Virus record (IMG/VR): IMGVR_UViG_3300030093_000028
Coordinates: 4,052-68,051 of that record
Length of the DNA: 64,000 bases
From: a virus
Direction: 5' to 3' (one strand)
Position 1 is the stretch's first letter, and the number at the start of each line of letters is the position of its first letter. Under the pieces are notes generated by a model that worked only from the letters and a program-made list of their open reading frames with translations, made no database searches and had not been told where the DNA came from. The translations under genes and the position numbers were made by a program. Below, piece after piece: positions 45,330 through 55,550 of the stretch.

Positions 45330-46817
45330 ATGTGTATGGCAGAAAAGAATACTAAATTAACTCCATTTGAGCAGCAGCAAAAGAAGGCGGCTGAGCAAGT
45401 TCTAGATTATAAACTTGGAGCAGAAGCATCTATTGTGTCGATGCTTTATAAGAAACCAGATTTGCTAACGCAAACAAATCTAGAATTAAATGAATTTCAC
45501 AATAATGCATCGCGTGTATATTTTGAGATTGCACGTGATTTGGTTATCAATGAGAAAAAGACTGTTTTAACAGACGTTACAATTGGTCTTTATCTTGAGA
45601 AGCATCCTAAGCTTGCTAAAAAATATGATGAATATGGTGGCTATCAGACAATTGAAGATTCTGGTGCGTACATTGATATTGAAAATTTTGACGGTTATGT
45701 AACTGACCTCAGAAAATGGAACGTTGTAATCAAACTTATTAAGCGTGGATTTCCTTGTGATAAAAAACGTATTAGTGAGCTATGCGACATGTCCGCCGAT
45801 GAAATTTACGCCGAGTACACTGTATATCTCAATGATATCTTTGCTAATATTGATAATAATGTTAAGTCGTATAATGGCTTTGAAGGTATGCGAGAGCTTG
45901 TTGATGAACTCGATGAAGGCATGAACGTTGGCATTCCATTTGCTAATTGTTCAATTCTTAACAATGAAACTGGCGGTATGCTTGGTGGAAACATTATTGG
46001 AATGGGCGCTTCATCGGGCGTTGGCAAGAGTACTTTAAGTATTAATTATATTTTCCCGTCTATGGTAAAGCATAACCTTAAAGCTCTTTTTATTATTAAT
46101 GAGGAAGATCAAAATAAATTTAAGAAAGAAGCACTTGTATGGTACTGCACAAATGTATTAAAACATCCAGTACAAAAGCGCGTTCTTCGTGACGGCGGTT
46201 TTGATAAAGATACAAAAGAAGCTCTTTATAAAGCGTCTGAGTGGTTTGAAAGTCAAAAAGACAACCACAACATTACGATCGTTCCTCTTGAGCAATATAC
46301 CGCAAGGACAGTAATCAAACTTATTAAGAAATATACAAGGATGGGCATTGATGTTATAGTTCTCGATACATTGAAAGAGAGCTACGATTCTCGCAATAAG
46401 GAATCGTGGAAATCGTTAATGACCGATTGTGTTGATTTTTATGATTGTATTAAGCACACCGATACATGTATGATTATTACATATCAGCTTGTAAAAAACA
46501 AAAGCAAATACCTTACCAATGCAGACATTGGTGTGTCAAAGGGTATTCTTGACGTATTCAGTGTCAATATGTTCTTTAGAAGACCGCTACCATCTGAGTT
46601 TGAAGGTGAAAAGGAAGAACTATATTGTTGGAAAAAACCAACTGAGAATAAGGCCACAACTATTCCTTTTAAACTTGAGAAAGGTGAACATTATATGATT
46701 ACCTTCTTAAGCAAGAATCGTTTTGGACAAAGTGATATTCAGATTGTCAGCGAAGCAGACTTTTCAATTAATAGATATGAGGATATTGGATACGCAACGG
46801 TGGCAGTAGACTACTAA
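45330..46817 (+). CDS. DnaB-like replicative helicase
   Basis: C-terminal RecA-fold with Walker A GMGASSGVGKSTLS and Walker B-like IDVIVLDTL. N-terminal DnaB-N-like region. 495 aa. Confidence 0.7.
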   Translation: MCMAEKNTKLTPFEQQQKKAAEQVLDYKLGAEASIVSMLYKKPDLLTQTNLELNEFHNNASRVYFEIARDLVINEKKTVLTDVTIGLYLEKHPKLAKKYDEYGGYQTIEDSGAYIDIENFDGYVTDLRKWNVVIKLIKRGFPCDKKRISELCDMSADEIYAEYTVYLNDIFANIDNNVKSYNGFEGMRELVDELDEGMNVGIPFANCSILNNETGGMLGGNIIGMGASSGVGKSTLSINYIFPSMVKHNLKALFIINEEDQNKFKKEALVWYCTNVLKHPVQKRVLRDGGFDKDTKEALYKASEWFESQKDNHNITIVPLEQYTARTVIKLIKKYTRMGIDVIVLDTLKESYDSRNKESWKSLMTDCVDFYDCIKHTDTCMIITYQLVKNKSKYLTNADIGVSKGILDVFSVNMFFRRPLPSEFEGEKEELYCWKKPTENKATTIPFKLEKGEHYMITFLSKNRFGQSDIQIVSEADFSINRYEDIGYATVAVDY

Positions 46818-46829
46818 TAGGATTAGATA

Positions 46830-47633
46830 ATGGGAATAAAAAGCGTTCAAAATGTAAATTTACATGACGATAGAATTGGAGAAGAACGTTGTAATAAAAG
46901 TGGTTGTCTTATGAAGATAATTGAGTATAACGGTAATAATGATTTGATTGTAGAATTTCAGGATGAATATCATTATTTAGTACATACTGATTATAAAAGT
47001 TTTAAAAATGGCAGCGTTAGAAATCCATATCATCCAAAAATCTATGGCGTTGCGGCAACTGGAAGTAAATACAAAACAAGGTACGGCAATGAAACAACGA
47101 AAGAATATTTAGCATGGTATGACATGCTAAGAAGATGTTTTGACAAAAAATACAAAAAAATTTTTTCAACATATAAGGATGTTACGTGTTGTAAAGAGTG
47201 GTTGTTGTTTGAAAATTTCTATGAGTGGTTACATGAACAAGATAATTTTGATAAATGGTTGAATAATAAAAAATGGTGCTTAGATAAAGACATACTTAAA
47301 AAAGGTAATAAAATATATAGTCCATACACATGTTGTCTTGTCCCTATGCATGTAAATAATTTATTTATTAAAAACAACAAGTCTAGAAATGGACTACCAA
47401 TAGGAGTTAGTAAAACCAATAAAAATAAATATGTTGTAAATTATAGAAATGGTCATGAAGATATTAGTAGACCTAGTGGTTATTTCAGTACTATAAATGA
47501 AGCATTTGAAGCATATAAAGAGTATAAAGAAAACGTCATCAAACAAGTTGCTCAAAAAGAATTTGATGATGGTAATATCACTAGTGGATGTTATGAAGCA
47601 ATGATGAAATATAATGTAGAAACTACTGATTAG
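46830..47633 (+). CDS. free-standing HNH homing endonuclease (HNH_3 with AP2/NUMOD-like DNA-binding tail)
   Basis: Very AT-rich (~28 percent GC) ORF inserted between the helicase and primase genes. C-terminal GYFSTINEAFEAYKEYKE is AP2/IENR-like. HNH_3-like central region. Confidence 0.5.
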   Translation: MGIKSVQNVNLHDDRIGEERCNKSGCLMKIIEYNGNNDLIVEFQDEYHYLVHTDYKSFKNGSVRNPYHPKIYGVAATGSKYKTRYGNETTKEYLAWYDMLRRCFDKKYKKIFSTYKDVTCCKEWLLFENFYEWLHEQDNFDKWLNNKKWCLDKDILKKGNKIYSPYTCCLVPMHVNNLFIKNNKSRNGLPIGVSKTNKNKYVVNYRNGHEDISRPSGYFSTINEAFEAYKEYKENVIKQVAQKEFDDGNITSGCYEAMMKYNVETTD

Positions 47634-47651
47634 TTTTTTTAATTTTGCTAT

Positions 47652-47664
47652 TAATGTTATATGC
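47652..47664 (+). promoter_or_regulatory. TAATGTTATATGC promoter element upstream of the primase gene
   Basis: Exact 13-mer copy. Confidence 0.5.
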
Positions 47665-47715
47665 GATTGTGCTATACTTTAATAAGTGACTAAGCGCGAA
47701 AGGAGTGATATTTAG

Positions 47716-48792
47716 ATGGATACAACTTCTCTGAAAGAATATATCTTCAATAATAATAAAGTTGAATTTGTTCTAGATAAGATTGGTTGTAAGTCAATTA
47801 AATATCACTCCTCTAAAAATTTTTATTCAGCAACTAATTACAATGGCGATAATACTGGTGCTGTTAATGTCTATAATACCAAGTATCTTCTTATCCATAA
47901 TTGGACTCGTGAGAGTGAGTTTAATGATGTGTCTGATATTATCTCTCTTGTTCAATATAATAAGAAGTGTTCATTTGTAGACGCTGTTAAATATCTTCAC
48001 AATATTCTCGGACTTGAATTAACGCCATATAAGAAAGAAGAAAAAAAAGAAAAGTTAGACCCTCTTGCTATCTTTAAGAACGTCATCAGTAGACACAGGG
48101 CAATAGTAGACGTAGCGGAGATACAGGCTATTAAAGAAGAAGCTATTAACGATTATGTTCCTTTGCTTTATATTGATTGGTTGCGAGAAGGTGTCATGCC
48201 TTGGGCTGCTAAAAAGTTTGGACTAGCCTATTCATATAAATATCATCGCGTAGTTATTCCTATTAGATATTGGCTTGATGGTACGCTTGTTGGCTTTAAT
48301 CAAAGAACTACGGTTGAGAATTATGAAGAACTAGGAATTCGTAAATACTTTCTAACTGCTTCATATAGAAAAAGTCTTAATCTTTATGGCCTTTGGGAGA
48401 ACAGAGAAGAGATTGAGGATAAGAAAACTGTAGTTATTTGCGAGTCTGAAAAGTCTGTTCTTAAAAGATATTCGCGTAATGATGGTACTTGTGTTGCACT
48501 TCAAGGTAAGAAGCTAAGTGATGAGCAAAGACGTATTATCATTGGACTGAATGTAAACGAAGTTATTATTGCTCTTGATAATGATGTTCCAATAGAAGAA
48601 GTACGTCACATATGTGAGCAGTTCTATCATATTAGAAATGTATCATATGTGAAGGATCGATGGAATTTACTCGGTGATAAAGATGCTCCCGCTGATGCGG
48701 AAAATAAGGTGTATAATTTTCTTATTAAACATCGAGTTAAGTATGATGAGTCGGAACATCAAAAGTATTTAAACGGTCTTAAGAAGAAATGA
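47716..48792 (+). CDS. Toprim-domain DNA primase (DnaG-like)
   Basis: Toprim motifs VVICESEKSV (E-x-x-K/D) and IALDNDVPIEE (DxD). 358 aa. Confidence 0.55.
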   Translation: MDTTSLKEYIFNNNKVEFVLDKIGCKSIKYHSSKNFYSATNYNGDNTGAVNVYNTKYLLIHNWTRESEFNDVSDIISLVQYNKKCSFVDAVKYLHNILGLELTPYKKEEKKEKLDPLAIFKNVISRHRAIVDVAEIQAIKEEAINDYVPLLYIDWLREGVMPWAAKKFGLAYSYKYHRVVIPIRYWLDGTLVGFNQRTTVENYEELGIRKYFLTASYRKSLNLYGLWENREEIEDKKTVVICESEKSVLKRYSRNDGTCVALQGKKLSDEQRRIIIGLNVNEVIIALDNDVPIEEVRHICEQFYHIRNVSYVKDRWNLLGDKDAPADAENKVYNFLIKHRVKYDESEHQKYLNGLKKK

Positions 48793-48800
48793 GGTAAACA

Positions 48801-49022
48801 ATGAAACTCGTATTTCAGAATAGCCGAGGGCATGAGCGAACTATTGCAGATGTTGCAACGGCTGACGATGCATATTCTGAAATTAAAAAATTCTGTAGAG
48901 AACGAGACTTTCACATTTATTATACTCGTGTTTGGCAAGACGATGATGGTGCTACGGTATATGATGTTGGCTCACATGTAGAATTCTTTAAGCTGTATCC
49001 AGATAATAAGGGGCAGAAATGA
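48801..49022 (+). CDS. hypothetical protein (73 aa)
   Basis: Start overlaps the preceding stop region, giving a compact operon. Confidence 0.4.
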   Translation: MKLVFQNSRGHERTIADVATADDAYSEIKKFCRERDFHIYYTRVWQDDDGATVYDVGSHVEFFKLYPDNKGQK

Positions 49023-49330
49023 TTACGAAAAAAGATTTTGTTTCCGCAGTGAATTCAATTAAAGAAGTTGAGAACTTCTATCATCAGTATGGTCATAAGT
49101 GCTACGTTAAGAACTCGCTAATCCAAACACTTATTGATTCTGTTGGCGACAAATATGAGTGGATTGCATGGTATATCAATACGACTCGATACGGTGAAGT
49201 GAACAACACTGTAAGTTTCGGCGAGTATGGTAATGAAGCTAAACACTATGTCATCAAGACCGTTGATGATTTGTATGACTTCCTTGCTGACTACTATCAT
49301 TGGAATGAAATGGATTATAAGTATGAGTAA
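49019..49330 (+). CDS. hypothetical protein (103 aa)
   Basis: ATGA start/stop overlap with the previous gene. Confidence 0.4.
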   Translation: MITKKDFVSAVNSIKEVENFYHQYGHKCYVKNSLIQTLIDSVGDKYEWIAWYINTTRYGEVNNTVSFGEYGNEAKHYVIKTVDDLYDFLADYYHWNEMDYKYE

Positions 49331-49532
49331 CTATCCAGACTACACTTGGGAACAAGATCCCTACGCACCGTGGAATAGCGATGAAGGTTACATCGACAAG
49401 AAGTGTAAGCAGTGTTCGATGTTCGCAAAGATTCCAGATGATATCTGTGCAACCGACATGGGATATTGCATTGAATGCTGTGATTATTTTAGTGGCGAAG
49501 ACGATGCGTGTGCTTCTTTTGAACTATATTAA
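49323..49532 (+). CDS. small Cys-rich zinc-binding protein (69 aa)
   Basis: CKQC...CIECCDYF. The ATG at 49323 overlaps the upstream stop. Confidence 0.4.
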   Translation: MSNYPDYTWEQDPYAPWNSDEGYIDKKCKQCSMFAKIPDDICATDMGYCIECCDYFSGEDDACASFELY

Positions 49533-49543
49533 GGATGTTGTAT

Positions 49544-49744
49544 ATGACTGGTAGTTATATTAAAGATGATATTCAGCAGTTTATGGAAATGACATATTAT
49601 ATGATGGGCATTGTAGATGAATTTATGGATATCTCAGACGCTTCATCATACGGTGGGTTTCGAGACGATGAGCTGCGTATGTTTCGAAAAATGCACAAAG
49701 AAATGCACGATATCATAGAGTGCCGAAAGAAATATATGCAATAA
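49544..49744 (+). CDS. hypothetical protein (66 aa)
   Basis: SD AAGGA then ATG 49544. Confidence 0.4.
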   Translation: MTGSYIKDDIQQFMEMTYYMMGIVDEFMDISDASSYGGFRDDELRMFRKMHKEMHDIIECRKKYMQ

Positions 49745-49760
49745 ATAGAGCGGTGCGATA

Positions 49761-50054
49761 ATGGAAATTGTAAGCATTGACCGCGTGAAGGCTCGCAAGC
49801 CGCATAAGTGTGATATGTGCGGCAAGAAGATTGAAATCGGTGAAGAGTACGAAGCTCAGAATCTAGTCTGTTATAATGAGATGTATACGTTTCATCAGTG
49901 CGATAGATGCAAACCGTATGTCGATGAGCTGTGGAGCATAGGTTTTGATAACGACCTAGACGGACTTGATTCATGTACCTTTTATTCATTCATGTCAGAA
50001 GAGCATAATGATGTTTTGGATAAATGGTATGAAGAAGATGGTTATGATGAGTAA
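49761..50054 (+). CDS. zinc-ribbon hypothetical protein (97 aa)
   Basis: CDMCGK...CDRC. Confidence 0.4.
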   Translation: MEIVSIDRVKARKPHKCDMCGKKIEIGEEYEAQNLVCYNEMYTFHQCDRCKPYVDELWSIGFDNDLDGLDSCTFYSFMSEEHNDVLDKWYEEDGYDE

Positions 50055-50238
50055 GAAAAGCACTATAATCTGCGATAGGTGTGGCAAGGAAGTACCATAC
50101 AATGTAGGTAAAAGGTTTTATCATCATACATGTATATTGTTTGATAGGTTTTGCCTATGGGATAGTATAGAAGATAGACTTGACTTATGTGATGATTGTT
50201 CAGGCGAGTTCCGTAAGTGGTTAAAGAAAGAGGTGTAG
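50044..50238 (+). CDS. zinc-ribbon hypothetical protein (64 aa)
   Basis: CDRCGK...CDDC. Overlaps the previous stop. Confidence 0.4.
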   Translation: MMSKKSTIICDRCGKEVPYNVGKRFYHHTCILFDRFCLWDSIEDRLDLCDDCSGEFRKWLKKEV

Positions 50239-50241
50239 AAT

Positions 50242-50496
50242 ATGATGGAGCTTGGTTGCGAAAAGGACATTGAAGATATTTACACTTGGGCGCTTGACCA
50301 CATGGAAGGCTGCGATGAGCCAGAGTGGACTATGTATAGTCAAATCGTAGCTGCAATTGAAAATTATTGGATGAAGAAGTTTAAGTTTAAGCTTAAGGAC
50401 ATGGTTGACAATAAGCTTGAAGGCTTGGTTGGCAATGTGATTGAAGACACCATTGCCGAGATGCCAAACGCATTGAAGATGTTAGAGGATTCATAG
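50242..50496 (+). CDS. hypothetical protein (84 aa)
   Basis: SD AGAGGTG. Confidence 0.4.
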   Translation: MMELGCEKDIEDIYTWALDHMEGCDEPEWTMYSQIVAAIENYWMKKFKFKLKDMVDNKLEGLVGNVIEDTIAEMPNALKMLEDS

Positions 50497-50508
50497 AAAG
50501 GAATTGAT

Positions 50509-50778
50509 ATGGCTATATATAAAGTTGTATTTGATTGGTGGACAGACGAGGACGAGGATACTCCTTGGTATGAGCAGGAGCAGCGAGTATATTATTTCAC
50601 ACATGCCGAGGATGCGCTTGATTTCGTTGACCGTGTAGTCTGGAATGAAGCGGCATATGTGTCTATGGGTAGCCCGACTAACGCATATCTTTATAAGTTT
50701 AGCGAGTCTATCCAGTATAATGAGCCAGATGGCCGATATATTGCGGCATGGCACGAAATTGACAAGAAAGTGCGATAA
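50509..50778 (+). CDS. hypothetical acidic protein (89 aa)
   Basis: SD AAAGGAA. Confidence 0.4.
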   Translation: MAIYKVVFDWWTDEDEDTPWYEQEQRVYYFTHAEDALDFVDRVVWNEAAYVSMGSPTNAYLYKFSESIQYNEPDGRYIAAWHEIDKKVR

Positions 50779-50860
50779 AACAACGCTCTGACCTGCGGTT
50801 TTGTTGACGAAAAAAGCTTTAAAATCGTGATTTTAAAAGTTTGGTCAATTCCAATAAAAA

Positions 50861-50953
50861 TGTTACTTCCAAATAGCAATTGGAAGTAACAAAAATATTG
50901 GAAGTATAAAAGAATAATTGTGATATAATAATAGCTGCGTATTAAGCAGCTAT
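50861..50953 (+). promoter_or_regulatory. intergenic hairpins: GTTACTTCCAA-N5-TTGGAAGTAAC (11-bp stem) and ATAGCTGC-N7-GCAGCTAT
   Basis: Perfect stems. TTGGAAGTA half-site repeated at 50897. Upstream of gene 50973. Confidence 0.35.
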
Positions 50954-50972
50954 TTCTTTATAGGGAGACGGT

Positions 50973-51194
50973 ATGGAACTAGATACATTTTATGTCGTGA
51001 CGATTCCAGAACATACAAAGAAAGAGATTTCTTTTAGTACAAAAAAGTATGGCATGTGCTTAGGCATTGAGCCAAAAGAAACACAAGCCTATGTTCCAGA
51101 AAAGAAATATTATTTCAACAAACGTAAACAGGCTAAGAAGTTTTGCCTAGAGAATAATTATCCGTTTGAATACATCACAAAGGAGTTGTATTAA
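50973..51194 (+). CDS. hypothetical protein (73 aa)
   Basis: SD AGGGAGA. Confidence 0.4.
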   Translation: MELDTFYVVTIPEHTKKEISFSTKKYGMCLGIEPKETQAYVPEKKYYFNKRKQAKKFCLENNYPFEYITKELY

Positions 51195-52399
51195 TGGCAC
51201 GCTTATCAAAAGAAGAACTTGATAAAATCAAAAAGAAGTACGGCGTATCACGTATCTTTTCATGGAGTCGTGTAAATACTTTTATGACTTCACATTATGA
51301 GTATTACCTTAAGTATGTTAAGCATGTAAAAGAGGACAGAACAGACTGTGGTTATACTTCCCTTGGCTCCATCGCTCACGACACTCTAGACGCATTCTAT
51401 GAGGGGCAGATTTCATATGAAGATATGATTAATCAGTTCGAGGACGGTTGGCTTACTGCTATTGATATTGCAGACCTTAAGCTTGACCGTAATGATGAAG
51501 AGCATGATGCCAGTATCAAGGCTAAGTATAAGGAAGACCTGCAAATCTTCTTTAAAAACCATATTAAGTATGAGCATAAACTGCTTATCGAGAAGCCTGT
51601 AATTGCACAGGTTGGCGATAATGTATTTGTCGGCTATATCGATGCATTGTTCAAGGACGATGATGGTTGTTATAACATTATAGACTTTAAGACCAGTTCT
51701 ATGTACAAGGGTAAGACGCTTGAAGAGCATTCAGGGCAGCTAACCATATACGGATTGGGTTTAGTGCAAGCTGGTATTCCACTTGATAAGGTAAAGATTT
51801 GCTTTAACTTCTTGAAGTATTGTAACGTACAGTATCATCAGAAGAACGGCGCAGTAAAAGAGCGACAGGTTGAGCGCTATAAGCTTGGCGATAGTCTCAA
51901 GACAAATGTTAAGATGTGGCTTAAAGCTGACGGGTATTCAGATGATGAGATTGAAGATTATCTGAAGCTCCTCATTGATACCAATAGTCTTGACGTGTTA
52001 CCAGATGATGTACGCAATAAGTATGTGATTACAGATTGCCATGTATTCATTCCGTTTACACAGGAGCTAATTGATAAGTGGACTGATACGATTGTATCTA
52101 CCATTCAAGATATCAATATGCGTGAGAAGGACTACGAAGAGACTAAGAGCGATGCCGCGTTTTGGGATTCTGAGGAAGATGTTAAAGCGCAGTCGTATTA
52201 CTTCTCGACATTAATGGGATACTCTGCAAACCTACATAAGCCATACAAGGAATACCTAGATAAGCTAGAAGCACAGAAGAATGGCGCAGATATGTTCGGC
52301 GGTCTTCTCGGGGATTCTAAAAATGATGTTGTAACTAGTCAGGATATATGCAATAATAATACTGATGAAGTAGATTTGTCTTGGCTAGATAATATCTAA
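51194..52399 (+). CDS. PD-(D/E)xK nuclease (RecB/Cas4-like exonuclease), C-terminus DLSWLDNI
   Basis: GYIDALFKDDDGCYNIIDFKTS carries the D...D/E-x-K (IDFKT) signature. Start overlaps the previous stop (TTAATGG). Confidence 0.6.
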   Translation: MARLSKEELDKIKKKYGVSRIFSWSRVNTFMTSHYEYYLKYVKHVKEDRTDCGYTSLGSIAHDTLDAFYEGQISYEDMINQFEDGWLTAIDIADLKLDRNDEEHDASIKAKYKEDLQIFFKNHIKYEHKLLIEKPVIAQVGDNVFVGYIDALFKDDDGCYNIIDFKTSSMYKGKTLEEHSGQLTIYGLGLVQAGIPLDKVKICFNFLKYCNVQYHQKNGAVKERQVERYKLGDSLKTNVKMWLKADGYSDDEIEDYLKLLIDTNSLDVLPDDVRNKYVITDCHVFIPFTQELIDKWTDTIVSTIQDINMREKDYEETKSDAAFWDSEEDVKAQSYYFSTLMGYSANLHKPYKEYLDKLEAQKNGADMFGGLLGDSKNDVVTSQDICNNNTDEVDLSWLDNI

Positions 52400-52415
52400 T
52401 GGGGGTTGTAGTCAA

Positions 52416-53504
52416 ATGAAAACATTTAACCCGTTGAATGTTAGTAGTAAGTTTGCAATTTGTGGTTTGCCAATTCGAGTTGATACATATAAGAATTGTA
52501 GTTTTGGTTGTAAGTATTGTTTTTCAAACAGCAGAGTTATATGTGAATTTGAAAAGAGTTTACAGGTTGCTAATTTGAGTTCTCTAGAAAAAAGGTTACA
52601 CAGAATCTTTGATTTGAATAAAGTGAAGGAGAATAATTTTCTTGAGACTCTTATCGTAAATGGTACTACATGGCATTGCGGTGGCATGTCAGACCCTTTT
52701 CAACCAGTAGAAAAAAAGTATCGTATTACAGAACAGATGATTGATATTTGTAATAAGTACAACATTTCTATTCTTTTCAGCACGAAAAGCGATACAACAT
52801 ATGGTGCAAATTTAAATCCAGACTTGCACACGTTTCAATTGTCTGTTACGAATGTGAACTCGAACAAACTTCTTGAGCCTGCTGTTCCTGATATTAAAAA
52901 GAGATATAAATTCTATAGAGACTTAAAGAATAATGGGTTTAGGGTTGGTATTAGAATCCAGCCATTTGTTCCGAATGTTACTACATTAGAAGTCGTAGAA
53001 ATGTTTAAGGACGCAGACCAATTTACACTCGAAGGATTGAAGCTTGTTCCACAAAATAAAGAGCATAAAGAATTTCTTCTTGATGCTCTTGGGCTAGACA
53101 AGTCAGAATTCAAACAGATGGGACTACTTAATCTTCGTTCAGAGATTAGATTGGAAATGTATAAACCGTTCATTGAATACTTTGAGAAGAATAATATTCC
53201 ATATAGTATTGCCGACAACGATTTGCATTATCTTGGAACCAATGAGTGTTGCTGTGGCGATAAGCTTGTAAAGAAGTATACTGACTTTAACAATACTACG
53301 ATGCTTATGCGTTATGGCGTTGATTATACAAAAGAGCAACTTGATAATGCTCTTGCCTGTTCTGGCTGTGCGGATTGCAAATGTAACAATCTATTCACAT
53401 CGAATAGACAAGAAGGATGTACTACGGTTCAAGAGTTTTACGACAAACGATTTGACAGAACAAGTTCGCCATTCAGTCCTAAGTTTTTATACTTTGATAA
53501 ATAA
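52416..53504 (+). CDS. radical SAM enzyme, spore-photoproduct-lyase/DNA-repair-like family
   Basis: CxxxCxxC cluster CSFGCKYC at aa 29-36. 362 aa. A second Cys cluster sits near the C-terminus (CCCGD...CSGCADCKC). Confidence 0.55.
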   Translation: MKTFNPLNVSSKFAICGLPIRVDTYKNCSFGCKYCFSNSRVICEFEKSLQVANLSSLEKRLHRIFDLNKVKENNFLETLIVNGTTWHCGGMSDPFQPVEKKYRITEQMIDICNKYNISILFSTKSDTTYGANLNPDLHTFQLSVTNVNSNKLLEPAVPDIKKRYKFYRDLKNNGFRVGIRIQPFVPNVTTLEVVEMFKDADQFTLEGLKLVPQNKEHKEFLLDALGLDKSEFKQMGLLNLRSEIRLEMYKPFIEYFEKNNIPYSIADNDLHYLGTNECCCGDKLVKKYTDFNNTTMLMRYGVDYTKEQLDNALACSGCADCKCNNLFTSNRQEGCTTVQEFYDKRFDRTSSPFSPKFLYFDK

Positions 53505-53537
53505 TAAGTTTTAAAATATTTATTCTAAGGAGCTATT

Positions 53538-53720
53538 ATGCCAGAAGTTATTTGGGAGCTTGAAAGCTGGGTAAAAGAGAATTATAATGCACCTGCCTGC
53601 GAGTGGACTTATGAGCGTTCAGAAGGTAACTCATATGATTGTTTTGAAGACGGGTTCGAATGTGGCACAAGTCTCGCAGCATTTGAGATTGGTAAAATTC
53701 TAGGTATGGACATCGAATAA
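53538..53720 (+). CDS. small protein, member of a 3-gene paralog family (AAFEIGKILGMD motif)
   Basis: Shares LE(S/N)WVK...DGF..G..C.T..AAFE(I/V)GKILGMD with 54126-54365. SD AAGGAG. Confidence 0.45.
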   Translation: MPEVIWELESWVKENYNAPACEWTYERSEGNSYDCFEDGFECGTSLAAFEIGKILGMDIE

Positions 53721-53745
53721 TAAGTACACATTTTAAGGATTGATT

Positions 53746-54102
53746 ATGAAACTTATTATTAAAGACCGTGGCATGGGTAAAACAACCCAATTAATTCATA
53801 TTAGCGAAGCAACTGGTTATCCTATTGTTGTTGCTTATAAAACAATGATTGACAATATAAAAAGTACGGCTACAAAACTTGGATGCAAGATTCCAGAGCC
53901 AGTTTTAATTTCTGATATTGTAACTGGCAAAATACAATACGACAATATTCTTGTTGATGAGGTTACACTTGATGGAATTCTTAAAAAGGCTCTAAATAAT
54001 TATTTTAATAGCAATGTCGTAGCTTGTACTTGTAGTCCATATGTTGATATTGAAGCATATTATTCCTTGCCTAAAAGGAATTTAACTATTAGCTGCGATT
54101 AG
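53746..54102 (+). CDS. small P-loop protein (Walker A-like GMGKTT)
   Basis: IKDRGMGKTTQLI near the N-terminus. 118 aa. Confidence 0.4.
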   Translation: MKLIIKDRGMGKTTQLIHISEATGYPIVVAYKTMIDNIKSTATKLGCKIPEPVLISDIVTGKIQYDNILVDEVTLDGILKKALNNYFNSNVVACTCSPYVDIEAYYSLPKRNLTISCD

Positions 54103-54125
54103 ATAATAAAAATCTGTTTTAAGGA

Positions 54126-54365
54126 ATGGATATGTCTAAAGATAAAACGCTTTGCGAATGCAATAAGAAAGAGTCTGATGTTATTAAACATCTTGAAAAC
54201 TGGGTAAAAGGACGTTATGGAAAAGAATGCGGTAGTGGATGCCTAGGCGATAACTCGATTGACGGCTTTAGTAAAGGGTATAAATGTGCAACCTGTATGG
54301 CGGCATTTGAGGTTGGCAAGATTTTAGGCATGGATTTGAGCGCCTTAAGGAGTGACAATGTATAA
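54126..54365 (+). CDS. small Cys-rich protein, paralog family member 2
   Basis: The DKTLCECNKKE N-terminus is shared with 54352-54735. The AAFEVGKILGMD C-terminus is shared with 53538-53720. Confidence 0.45.
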   Translation: MDMSKDKTLCECNKKESDVIKHLENWVKGRYGKECGSGCLGDNSIDGFSKGYKCATCMAAFEVGKILGMDLSALRSDNV

Positions 54366-54735
54366 AGATAGAACACTTTGCGAATGCAACGAGAAAGAAA
54401 TTGAAGAGCTGCTGCTTGGTCATAAAGTTACAGTAGATGATTATGACAATCTTGTTCTCGATAACGGCGTAGTGCTTCAGATTAATCCAAACATCGGGTG
54501 CGGCGGCTGTGAGTCTGGTAATTATTATTTGGAGCATATTGCATCTGTAAATAATGCAATTACAAACGTTGAATTCGTTGAAGAGTTCGAGGATGATTGT
54601 TATTATGAACACTATAAGATTTTCGTTATCGCAGACGGCATGACAACAGAGTTGCTTAATGTATATGGTACGGATGGCAATGGTTATTATGGTACTGGAT
54701 ATACGATTGACGTGTATCTTCCAGACGAGGATTAA
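54352..54735 (+). CDS. hypothetical protein, N-terminus paralogous to 54126 (DRTLCECNEKE)
   Basis: Overlaps the previous gene by 14 nt. Confidence 0.45.
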   Translation: MTMYKDRTLCECNEKEIEELLLGHKVTVDDYDNLVLDNGVVLQINPNIGCGGCESGNYYLEHIASVNNAITNVEFVEEFEDDCYYEHYKIFVIADGMTTELLNVYGTDGNGYYGTGYTIDVYLPDED

Positions 54736-54744
54736 GGAATTATA

Positions 54745-55353
54745 ATGACTACTCTTGATTTAGTTAAAAAAGATAAAGTCATGTTGGCTATAGCAATGAA
54801 AGCAGAAGAAGCTGGATTTATTGTTATGGAAGCATCCTCCTATAAGGTCGTAGTCAAGGCTGGTTGTCTGCCAGTGTCTATTACGTGGGAGATGTGTTTG
54901 TGTCATGGCGGTAGAATGTGGCTGTCGCAAGCTAACACAAACATCTACGTTGAGCTATCATCACCTGAATACGATACGAAAAACGGTATCGTAGACCCAG
55001 AGACAGAGCTTGCATTTTATATTGATAACAAGATGGTTGATACTGTCAAGAGCTTTGAGAAGTATGTCTATGTCGTTGATGTTATCGGCGAATATAAAAA
55101 GGATGAGCTGAAAACGTCTTATTTTAAGAGTGTCGAAGACGCTTCTTACTTTGTGTTCCATGAGAAGGGGCATGACCTTAATAGCGAGTACGGAGAAGTG
55201 CTGCACCAATATCCAAATCCCGATATGCAAGAGCGTGTGACTTATGTTGGTGAAGACAAGGGCGTGCTAAAGTTTAAGGGCGAAGCTATTAACAAGGGCA
55301 AAGCTGGTCGAGAGTACGAAATTGAATTTAGAGTCTTTAGAAAGAAAATGTAA
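54745..55353 (+). CDS. hypothetical protein (202 aa)
   Basis: SD AAGGAA. Confidence 0.45.
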   Translation: MTTLDLVKKDKVMLAIAMKAEEAGFIVMEASSYKVVVKAGCLPVSITWEMCLCHGGRMWLSQANTNIYVELSSPEYDTKNGIVDPETELAFYIDNKMVDTVKSFEKYVYVVDVIGEYKKDELKTSYFKSVEDASYFVFHEKGHDLNSEYGEVLHQYPNPDMQERVTYVGEDKGVLKFKGEAINKGKAGREYEIEFRVFRKKM

Positions 55354-55550
55354 TGACTGCTAGAGATTTAATGAACTTAATGATAGGATACCCAGATTAC
55401 GAAATCACAAGCTTTATTTGGGATTATGATTTTTATGACAATTGTAGTCATGATTTGGGTCATCCAGAGTCATTGCACTTCTGTCCTGTAGATGGATATG
55501 CAGACGATAAGACAAAGACAATTGTATTAAATCTGCGACAGCGTTTTTGA
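55353..55550 (+). CDS. hypothetical protein (65 aa)
   Basis: ATGA overlap with the previous stop. Confidence 0.35.
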   Translation: MTARDLMNLMIGYPDYEITSFIWDYDFYDNCSHDLGHPESLHFCPVDGYADDKTKTIVLNLRQRF

